Under the pieces are notes generated by a model. That model was not told the origin of the DNA. It was given only the letters and a program-made list of their open reading frames with translations, and ran no database searches. Positions 37,252 to 44,777 of a stretch of 64,000 nt of DNA are shown piece after piece. How positions within the stretch are numbered: position 1 is the first letter of the stretch; the number at the start of each line of letters is the position of its first letter. The DNA is from Mariniphaga sp. (lineage in GTDB: Bacteria > Bacteroidota > Bacteroidia > Bacteroidales > Prolixibacteraceae). The position numbers were made by a program, and so were the translations under genes. Where the stretch lies: the NCBI GenBank assembly GCA_025355585.1, contig JANXZJ010000108.1, positions 8,589-72,588 of the forward strand, written 5' to 3'.

Positions 37252-38113
37252 TTTAAACCGGTATGTTTCTGTTTTAGTCAGATTGACAAGGATCAGACTA
37301 TCGCTTATGGTTTCTATATCAGCCATGACGGGGTATTTTTTGACCAGTAGTTCACCAAAAGGTGCTTTGATGCTTATGTTTGGCGGTGTTTTTTTATTGG
37401 CGGCCGGAACCTCTGTTTTAAACCAGGTTCAGGAGTGTGGACAAGATGCATTGATGAAAAGAACTGTAAAGCGGCCAATTCCATCAGGTGAAATTTCGCG
37501 CCCGACCGCTTCACTAATTGCCGTACTACTGATCCTTTCCGGTACATTTTTGCTAAGTAGGAACGGTTGGTTGCCAATGGTGCTGGGGCTATCTAATATT
37601 GTATTTTACAACCTGATTTATACACCTTTAAAGACACGAAGTTGGCTTGCCATCATTCCGGGTGCGCTGGTTGGTGCAGTGCCTCCGCTAATTGGCTGGA
37701 CATCGGCCGGGTTTTATATCTTCCATCCCAATGCAATTTTTGTAGCCATCTTTGTATTTCTATGGCAGATCCCTCATTTCTGGCTGCTGATGATTAAATA
37801 CGGGAAAGAGTACGAATCAGCCGGATTCTCCTCCATTTCCAGAATGCTGAACGAGCGGCAGATCAAGTTGGTTGTCTTTTACTGGGGAGTGATCACCTCC
37901 TTGTTCCTGATGTTGTTCCCATTCTTCGGATTCAACTTTAAGCCGTTGCTGATCATTTTTTTAATCGGGATCAATTTTTCGTTTGTTGCTTTATTTCATC
38001 GGTTTCTTTTCCGGGACAGAAGTTCAAAAACCATCCGCAAAGCATTTATTTTAATCAATACTTATGCGATGGTGGTTTTTCTATTCCTGGTAATTAATGC
38101 TTTTATCTCCTGA
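37205..38113 (+). CDS. ctaB: Protohaem IX farnesyltransferase (haem O synthase)
   Basis: 302 aa, UbiA family. LTRIRLSLMVSISAMTGYF near the N-terminus means the start must be upstream of about 37270. The only in-frame ATG there is 37205, which overlaps ctaC by 47 nt. Confidence 0.8.
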   Translation: MIKLLIILENRVSKNNLNRYVSVLVRLTRIRLSLMVSISAMTGYFLTSSSPKGALMLMFGGVFLLAAGTSVLNQVQECGQDALMKRTVKRPIPSGEISRPTASLIAVLLILSGTFLLSRNGWLPMVLGLSNIVFYNLIYTPLKTRSWLAIIPGALVGAVPPLIGWTSAGFYIFHPNAIFVAIFVFLWQIPHFWLLMIKYGKEYESAGFSSISRMLNERQIKLVVFYWGVITSLFLMLFPFFGFNFKPLLIIFLIGINFSFVALFHRFLFRDRSSKTIRKAFILINTYAMVVFLFLVINAFIS

Positions 38114-38134
38114 TTCTAACCAGGTGAAGCCAAT

Positions 38135-39241
38135 TTACTTCTCTTTGGGACTTAGTTGCTGAACAATTTTAAACTCCGAAAGAAATTCTCCGGCAATAAC
38201 TCTGACCACTGTATAAACGGGTATTGCGAGTATCATTCCGGGAATCCCAGCGATTCCTCCGGCCATCAGTATCACAAAAAAGATCTCAAGCGGATGGGCG
38301 TTTACGCTGTTGGAGTATATCACAGTCTGTAAAACCATATTATCGATAAACTGGACAACCATCACGACTATTACTACCCAGAACATGAGCGGTAGCGTTA
38401 CTTCTGTAAAACTGGAATTCAGATTGTTTGCCACTGCGACGACAAGTCCGAACAATGCTCCGATCCATGGCCCGATATAAGGAATTACATTCAGTATTCC
38501 GGCAAAAACTCCCACCACAACAGCGTGTCCAAATCCCATTCCGGCCATCGTAAACCCAAATATCGATAAAACCATCACTCCCAGAACCTGAAACATCATT
38601 CCGATCATGTATCTTTTTAGGAGACTACCAACTTTATCCATCACCACCGAAACGCGCGATTCATATTTTACAGGCGCCAATACGAGAATCCAGTTTCCGA
38701 AAAGTCCCTCTTCTTTAAGAAAGAAAAACAATATAAAAGAAACGGAGAAGATCATCATGAAGAGATTTCCCAACACGGTGGCTACCGAGCCGAACACGCG
38801 GCTCACCTCACCAACGTTGAGAAATCCCTTCAATTGCGTTTCTATATAGGTTTCAAGATTTCCCTGAACGGGAATATTTGGTGCAAACTGGGGAAAACTA
38901 ATCTTTAACTGATCTAATGCATTGTTGAGATAGGTAATGACCTCCTGTACATTGATAGAAGACAACTGATTAACTTCTGAAACCACCATAGGAATCAGGA
39001 ACCCGAAAAAGCAGATCATGCCAAGCCAGAGCGTTATTAACGTGAGGAATGCGGCGGCTGATTTCCCGACACGAAACTTCCGGTATCTGATTTTCTGATA
39101 CTTGCGCACAAGCGGTCGTCCAATCAATGCCAGAACTGCTGCGATGAGTATATAGGTCACGATGTAGCTGAAGTAGTACACGAGAAATCCGAAGAGTATG
39201 ATTGCCAATGCTACAATGATGTTTTTAATCCGCTGATCCAT
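38135..39241 (-). CDS. AI-2E family transporter (PerM/UPF0118)
   Basis: 368 aa, about 8 TM helices, with typical AI-2E organisation and the motif IPYIGPWIG. Confidence 0.85.
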   Translation of the reverse strand: MDQRIKNIIVALAIILFGFLVYYFSYIVTYILIAAVLALIGRPLVRKYQKIRYRKFRVGKSAAAFLTLITLWLGMICFFGFLIPMVVSEVNQLSSINVQEVITYLNNALDQLKISFPQFAPNIPVQGNLETYIETQLKGFLNVGEVSRVFGSVATVLGNLFMMIFSVSFILFFFLKEEGLFGNWILVLAPVKYESRVSVVMDKVGSLLKRYMIGMMFQVLGVMVLSIFGFTMAGMGFGHAVVVGVFAGILNVIPYIGPWIGALFGLVVAVANNLNSSFTEVTLPLMFWVVIVVMVVQFIDNMVLQTVIYSNSVNAHPLEIFFVILMAGGIAGIPGMILAIPVYTVVRVIAGEFLSEFKIVQQLSPKEK

Positions 39242-39472
39242 ATGATTGATAATTAGTTCAATTCAAAAATACACTTTATTTTGGATATTATGAATGCGCG
39301 AAACCTGCTTTCAAAAGTGAAGAAATATTGAAATTTAAATAGATCTCTTTTATTTTATACCCCGCCTTTTTTTGATTTGATATTGACCCACTTTCAACCT
39401 GTTGCTGTGATATCAGTATGTTTATGCCTGGAAAAATAAAATTTTCTGCTGAGGAAAGTTTTATTTCATAAG

Positions 39473-39538
39473 CATGAAATTATATTTTTATGCCCATGAA
39501 ATTAAAATCGGATGCGCATGAAATTAAGAGTATATGGG
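39473..39538. repeat. Three direct 22-bp-phased repeats (ATGC-S-CATGAAATTA) in the HU-like/AI-2E intergenic region
   Basis: CATGAAATTA occurs at 39473, 39495 and 39517, an exact 22-bp spacing. Each copy is followed 8 nt later by ATGS. Confidence 0.8.
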
Positions 39539-39574
39539 CAGGGGATATACAAATGAAGACGTGCCGAAGGAATA

Positions 39575-39958
39575 TTATTGCTTTTGGAATTTGGCAGATT
39601 TGATCATTTTTTTAATTCGCTTACCTGGTGTGAAAATAACTTTTGCCCCTTTTACGTCTGAGGCTTTAATTGCAGATGCTGTTGACTTACCCCCTGAACT
39701 TAAGCTGATACGAAGACTTCCCAACTCGCCAAGCCGCACAATTTCACCTTCTTCAAGCCGACTGATCGCCACATCCACAAGTGCATAGATGGCTGCGTGG
39801 ACATCGGCACCACTTAAGGTCGATATTTTCTCAATCAATTGGGTGAGATCTTCAAGCGTCGTTGTCCCACTCACAACGGGTGCTGCATAAAACATTTTCT
39901 CGCCGCCGCCGGTAACTCCGGGTTGGCTTCTTTCGATTACTCTAAATTTAATGGTCAT
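39575..39958 (-). CDS. Bacteroidota HU-family (HU_HIG-like) DNA-binding protein
   Basis: ORF 39575..40012; the likely start is ATG 39958 (MTIKFRVIERSQPGVTGGGEKMFYAAPV...GEIVRLGELGSLRISLS...KVIFTPGKRIKKM). This is characteristic of the ~125-aa Bacteroidota HU-like family. Confidence 0.8.
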   Translation of the reverse strand: MTIKFRVIERSQPGVTGGGEKMFYAAPVVSGTTTLEDLTQLIEKISTLSGADVHAAIYALVDVAISRLEEGEIVRLGELGSLRISLSSGGKSTASAIKASDVKGAKVIFTPGKRIKKMIKSAKFQKQ

Positions 39959-40052
39959 AATCTCAAAAATTTGAAAGTGAACAGCTATTGTGCTACTTGT
40001 TTGAAAATCCAATTAATACTTTAGAGGATTCCTTGCTTCATATTGCGCTAAG

Positions 40053-40670
40053 TTAGTTTATATTGCAAAGCTGTTCATGCAAATCTTTCAGAAATTCAAG
40101 ATTTTTCAGTTGATATTTTCGGATTTTGCTGACGGCAAAGAATGAAACGAACAATCCAATAGTAAAACCTGCCATCATTCCATAAATTGATTCAGCGTTC
40201 CTCATTACTTCCAGAAACGGTTTGTATTCGTAATAGACATGAATTGACAACATTATCATTGCCACCAGAACCGGGATCAGGACGATATACAATTTGCTGT
40301 ACTTGCCCAATAACCATCCCGACAATAATTTGATTCTTTGTTCCAGCAATTCTTTTAAAGGAAGGTTGTATTTGTTGCCTTGTAATTTATTCAGCGAAAC
40401 AAAGGAAAAAACCACGGCAGAAAGGGTTATTACACAAAGGATCAAATTATTGGTTTGATAGATCAGATCTCCCTGTCGATTAAAAGCGGTAAAGATCAGA
40501 AACGCGATCAATCCGATGGCTGTCACGATATCAAGGCTAATGATGAATATGAATTTATTCATCGTCTTGCGGCATTTTGCAGTAAGATATTGATTCAGTT
40601 CATCTGTTGTTTTGCGATTAATCTCAGCATCAATATTTATCCACGTATTTTTTAACTCGTTATCTTTCAT
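40053..40670 (-). CDS. Four-TM membrane protein overlapping the 3' end of the ECF sigma gene; possible anti-sigma/regulatory partner
   Basis: 205 aa. It overlaps the sigma gene by 11 nt and has no recognisable zinc-binding anti-sigma motif. Confidence 0.45.
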   Translation of the reverse strand: MKDNELKNTWINIDAEINRKTTDELNQYLTAKCRKTMNKFIFIISLDIVTAIGLIAFLIFTAFNRQGDLIYQTNNLILCVITLSAVVFSFVSLNKLQGNKYNLPLKELLEQRIKLLSGWLLGKYSKLYIVLIPVLVAMIMLSIHVYYEYKPFLEVMRNAESIYGMMAGFTIGLFVSFFAVSKIRKYQLKNLEFLKDLHEQLCNIN

Positions 40671-41154
40671 GACTCAAATTTTGTTTTAGTGCTTCTTTGG
40701 CCCTGTTAATCCGTACCCCGACATTCGACTTCGAAATGCCGAGGATTTCAGCGATCTCGTCGTAACTTTTTTCTTCAAGGTATAAAAGCATAATTGATTT
40801 ATCGATCTCATTTAGATTGTAAATAGCCTGGAGCAATCTCCGGGAGGTCTCACTGAATGACAGTTTTTCGATAAGGTCAAACTTATCAATCGATTCGGGT
40901 AGCTTTTCGCGATACTCAATCCATGATTCTTTCTTCAATCTCGAAATTGATGTATTGATTGAAACCGCATAAATCCATGATCCAATGCTGTTTTTGTTCT
41001 GTAATTTTGGGAAGGACTTCCAAAGCTGATAAATGATCTCCTGGAGATTGTCTTCCCTGTCCGGTTTATTCCGGAAGTAGATAAGATTGACTTTATGTAA
41101 GATCCCTTGATAGTTTGAAAGTATTTCAAGAAATTCTTCCTTCAATGATTTCAT
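40660..41154 (-). CDS. ECF-type sigma-70 family RNA polymerase sigma factor
   Basis: 164 aa with region 2 (DNLQEIIYQLWKSF...SWIYAVSINTSI) and the region 4 HTH (SYDEIAEILGISKSNVGVRINRAKEALK). Confidence 0.85.
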   Translation of the reverse strand: MKSLKEEFLEILSNYQGILHKVNLIYFRNKPDREDNLQEIIYQLWKSFPKLQNKNSIGSWIYAVSINTSISRLKKESWIEYREKLPESIDKFDLIEKLSFSETSRRLLQAIYNLNEIDKSIMLLYLEEKSYDEIAEILGISKSNVGVRINRAKEALKQNLSHER

Positions 41155-41219
41155 GATTAAGCGCTTTCTAATAAAGTAAGACGAAGAGGAGATTTATTAC
41201 AAAAAAACTGAATTCTTAT

Positions 41220-41227
41220 TAAATTTG
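41220..41227 (+). promoter_or_regulatory. -7 box TAAATTTG only 5 nt upstream of the tex ATG (possible leaderless transcript)
   Basis: Exact TAnnTTTG match; the ATG is at 41233. Confidence 0.35.
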
Positions 41228-41232
41228 CGTCT

Positions 41233-43365
41233 ATGACAGTTCAGAAAAATCATCGGCTGATTGCCGAACGACTTGGCATCAACATCAGGCAAATAGACAA
41301 TACGATCACATTACTCAACGAAGGTGCGACGGTTCCTTTTATTTCGCGATACCGCAAAGAAATGACGGGCAGTCTGGATGAGGTCGCCATCGGAAATATT
41401 AAGGAGGCGATTGAACAACTCGATGAGCTCGACAAGCGAAAGGTGACCATTCTCAAGACAATCGGTGATCAGGAACTGCTCACCCCCGAATTACAATCAA
41501 AGATAGAGCTTTGCTACGATCTGAATGAACTCGAGGATATCTATCTTCCTTATAAACCCAAAAGGAGGACACGGGCTACCGTGGCACGTGAGAAAGGTTT
41601 GGAACCCCTCGCCAAATTGATTTTTAAACAATATGAACCGGATCCGGAGAGCCGTGCAATTCAGTTTTTGAATGACGCAGTCCCCGATGTAAACGAAGCA
41701 CTTGCAGGGGCACGTGATATTATTGCAGAATGGATCAATGAAAATCAAAACGCGCGCACGATTGTCCGAAACGAGTTTCTGCGCGAAGCTGTGATTTCTT
41801 CGCATGTGGCGAAAGGGAAAGAGGAAGAAGGGATAAAATTCCGCGATTACTTCGATTCAAGCGAGCCCGTTAAACGCTGTCCTTCACACCGTTTATTGGC
41901 CATGAAAAGGGGAGAGAAAGAGGGTTTTCTGAAATTGGGAGTTGCTCCCGATGAAGAGAAAACAATTGCAGCATTGGATCACTATTTTGTGAAAAGCCGT
42001 AACGACAGTGGTGTACAAATATCGTTGGCGGTGAAAGACAGCTATAAACGGTTGCTGGCGCCAGCCATAGAAACCGAGGTTTTTGGCACTTCAAAATCAA
42101 AGGCCGATGCTGAGGCGATCAGGGTGTTTGCCGAAAACCTGCGGCAGTTGCTTCTTGCTGCACCTCTTGGACAAAAGAGGGTTTTGGCGCTCGATCCCGG
42201 CTACCGGTCTGGCTGTAAATTAGTTTGTCTCGATGCACAGGGAAACCTGGTTCATAATGAAACGATTTATCCACATCAGCCGCAGTCGGAGGTGAGCCAG
42301 TCGATACGGAAAGTTTCGGCACTTGTAAGTACTTATAAGATTGATGCAATTGCAATAGGGGATGGTACTGCCAGTCGCGAGACAGAAGCCTTTATCAAGA
42401 AGATTACATTTGACCGGCCTTTGCAGGTATATGTGGTGAGTGAAGATGGCGCATCGATCTATTCTGCCTCGAAAGTGGCTCGCGATGAATTTCCCCAGTT
42501 TGATGTCACTGTGCGGGGCGCCGTTTCAATCGGTCGACGTCTTATGGATCCATTGGCAGAATTGGTGAAAATTGAAGCCAAATCGATTGGTGTAGGGCAA
42601 TACCAGCACGATGTTGATCAGAAGCTATTGCAGAAAGGACTCGACACGGTAGTGGAATCGTGTGTGAACCTTGTTGGGGTTAATGTCAATACAGCAAGCA
42701 GCCATCTTCTCAACTTTGTGTCGGGCTTAGGTCCTTTGGTCGCTCAGAATATTGTGGACTACCGCAAAGAGAATGGGCCGTTTACTTCACGCACCGAGTT
42801 GAAGAAGGTCGCAAGAATGGGACCAAAAGCATTTGAGCAATGTGCCGGATTTCTCCGCATTCCGGGCGGTATCAATCCGCTTGATAATTCGGCTGTTCAC
42901 CCGGAGCGATATCCATTGGTTAGTAAAATTGCGGCCGACAGGAAATGCAAGGTGGAGGAATTGATCGGATTGGAAAATCTAAAGTCAGAAATCATTGCCG
43001 AAAAATACCTGAGTAAAGAAGTTGGCCTTCCGACTTTAAATGATATCCTTGCAGAACTTGCAAAACCAGGTCTCGACCCGCGATCAGGGATCAAAGTGTT
43101 TGAATTTTCCGATGGGGTATATTCAATGAAGGATTTGCTGCCAGGTATGGTGCTCCCTGGAATTGTAACAAATATTACGCGGTTCGGTGTCTTTGTTGAT
43201 GTGGGTGTAAAACAGGATGGATTGGTCCATATTAGTGAATTGGCCAACCGTTTTGTGAGCGATCCATCTGAAGTCGTTAAGCTTCACCAGCATGTCAAAG
43301 TGAAAGTTCTTGAGGTGGATATTCCCCGGAAACGAATTGCTTTTTCAATGAAACAGGCGGAGTAA
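41233..43365 (+). CDS. tex: Tex-like transcription accessory protein (YqgF/HhH/S1 domains)
   Basis: 710 aa. It has N-terminal ...LLNEGATVPFISRYRKE, a YqgF-like core, and a C-terminal S1 domain (GIVTNITRFGVFVDVGVKQDGLVHISEL). Confidence 0.9.
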   Translation: MTVQKNHRLIAERLGINIRQIDNTITLLNEGATVPFISRYRKEMTGSLDEVAIGNIKEAIEQLDELDKRKVTILKTIGDQELLTPELQSKIELCYDLNELEDIYLPYKPKRRTRATVAREKGLEPLAKLIFKQYEPDPESRAIQFLNDAVPDVNEALAGARDIIAEWINENQNARTIVRNEFLREAVISSHVAKGKEEEGIKFRDYFDSSEPVKRCPSHRLLAMKRGEKEGFLKLGVAPDEEKTIAALDHYFVKSRNDSGVQISLAVKDSYKRLLAPAIETEVFGTSKSKADAEAIRVFAENLRQLLLAAPLGQKRVLALDPGYRSGCKLVCLDAQGNLVHNETIYPHQPQSEVSQSIRKVSALVSTYKIDAIAIGDGTASRETEAFIKKITFDRPLQVYVVSEDGASIYSASKVARDEFPQFDVTVRGAVSIGRRLMDPLAELVKIEAKSIGVGQYQHDVDQKLLQKGLDTVVESCVNLVGVNVNTASSHLLNFVSGLGPLVAQNIVDYRKENGPFTSRTELKKVARMGPKAFEQCAGFLRIPGGINPLDNSAVHPERYPLVSKIAADRKCKVEELIGLENLKSEIIAEKYLSKEVGLPTLNDILAELAKPGLDPRSGIKVFEFSDGVYSMKDLLPGMVLPGIVTNITRFGVFVDVGVKQDGLVHISELANRFVSDPSEVVKLHQHVKVKVLEVDIPRKRIAFSMKQAE

Positions 43366-43560
43366 TTCCGGAGCTAATCTATTAATTATGTTGTGACGCA
43401 ATAAGGAAGAGTCCGTTGTCGATATACATTAATTCCTTTGAATAGAATATCAAATTGTCTGAAAAAAATAGTTGTTCAGCAATTGATGGATATTTTTTGA
43501 AGGAGAATAAGAAATAGATTTTGATCGAAAACAGAAACAATTGTTTGAAATTTACAGCCA

Positions 43561-43599
43561 AAAGAAAGCCTTCACCTGATCATAGTGAATGCTTTCTTT
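43561..43599. terminator. Bidirectional hairpin between convergent tex and ssb
   Basis: AAAGAAAGCcTTCAC ctgatcata GTGAAtGCTTTCTTT, with T/A runs on both sides. Confidence 0.6.
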
Positions 43600-43624
43600 T
43601 TAGTCAACAACATTGAATATCAGT

Positions 43625-43969
43625 TTAACTCTCCGATTTTTTGTCAAGAATAAGCATGTCTCCTACAACAATTTCGGAGATAAAGTGGGTCTCGCCGTTT
43701 TTATCTTCATACGAGCGGTTGGTAAGTTTTCCCTCAATCGCCACTTCCATCCCTTTCTTCAGATATTTCTCGGCATATTCGGCATGTTTATTCCATGCAA
43801 CTAATTTGTGCCAGGTTGTTTCTGATTTTTTGTTCCCATCATGATCACGATAGTCTTCATTGGTGGCGACTGAGAAATTTGCCACAGATTTTTCGCTATC
43901 CAACTTTCTAATTTTTGGGTTGTCGCCCAGGTGGCCGATAAGCCTGACACTGTTTCTTAGTACATTCAT
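43625..43969 (-). CDS. ssb: Single-stranded DNA-binding protein (short form, no acidic C-terminal tip)
   Basis: 114 aa. OB-fold pattern NSVRLIGHLGDNPKIR...WHKLVAWNKHAEYAEKYLKKGMEVAIEGKL. It ends ...DKKSES, without a D-D-x-P-F tail. Confidence 0.85.
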   Translation of the reverse strand: MNVLRNSVRLIGHLGDNPKIRKLDSEKSVANFSVATNEDYRDHDGNKKSETTWHKLVAWNKHAEYAEKYLKKGMEVAIEGKLTNRSYEDKNGETHFISEIVVGDMLILDKKSES

Positions 43970-44045
43970 GGTTACAACTTTTTAAATTAATAAACAAAAA
44001 TTTTATAACGCAAAATTAACATGGTTTTATTCTGACAATCGTATG

Positions 44046-44105
44046 ATAACCGGATGCTTACGTTTATTTTCGAAAATAACCGGATAAAACCGGTTAAAAT
44101 CGGAT
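44046..44105. repeat. Helically phased AAYCGGWT repeats in the ssb / Zn-ribbon divergent promoter region
   Basis: ATAACCGGAT at 44046 and 44076, then AAAACCGGTT at 44086 and AAAATCGGAT at 44096. That is three contiguous 10-bp units plus one copy exactly 30 bp upstream. Confidence 0.8.
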
Positions 44106-44199
44106 ATATTTTTGTACATTAGTGAACTAAAACCAAAAGCAGTTTTCCTATCTGACGATTTTGGGACTAGACTATGTATAACCTCCTGAATGATATGTT

Positions 44200-44598
44200 A
44201 TGAGTGATCGCAAATGCCTTGAATGTTATGAGCAACTGAGAGGTCGGGCTGACCAAAAATTTTGTAATGATCAGTGTCGGAGTGCCTATAATAACCGACA
44301 GCTTATTGATTCTAATAAAGTAATCAGATCTGTCAACCGCCTTCTTAAAAAGAACTATTCTATCTTAACCACACTCAATCCGGAGGGAAAAACGACTGTT
44401 CTTCTGAACGATCTGCAAAAAAAAGGCTATCGGTTCGACTATTTTACGTGTACATACCTTGCACGAAATAGTCGGATCTACTATTTTTGCTATGATATGG
44501 GTTATTGCGAACTCGAGAATAATAAAGTGGTTCTTGTCAGACGCGATCTGAACGGAGATCTGGTGGTTCCCAAAAACGTTTTGCAAAAGACAAATTGA
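44200..44598 (+). CDS. Hypothetical protein with N-terminal CxxC...CxxxC zinc-ribbon-like motif
   Basis: 132 aa starting MSDRKCLECYEQLRGRADQKFCNDQCRSAYNN. I recall similar N-termini in Bacteroidota hypothetical proteins; the function is unknown. Confidence 0.5.
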   Translation: MSDRKCLECYEQLRGRADQKFCNDQCRSAYNNRQLIDSNKVIRSVNRLLKKNYSILTTLNPEGKTTVLLNDLQKKGYRFDYFTCTYLARNSRIYYFCYDMGYCELENNKVVLVRRDLNGDLVVPKNVLQKTN

Positions 44599-44724
44599 AT
44601 ATCAGGCAATTTCGCAATTTGAAAATGGGTTATATTAACATACCCGGCAATTGGAACGGGTTTGAAAACTGAGACGCTGGTCCGATTGCTATTCTTTTTT
44701 AGCTTCAATATCCTTAAAAATTAA

Positions 44725-44749
44725 AAACCCACTGAATTTCAGCGGGTTT
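44725..44749 (-). terminator. Rho-independent terminator of the nif3/COG1579 operon
   Basis: On the minus strand AAACCCGCTGA aatt TCAGTGGGTTT is followed by TTTAATTTTT. Confidence 0.7.
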
Positions 44750-44777
44750 AAATATTCTGGGTGATTTTCATCAATTA

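Noticed and set aside
39534-39788. 84-aa plus-strand ORF
   Set aside because: It is antisense to the well-supported HU-like gene.
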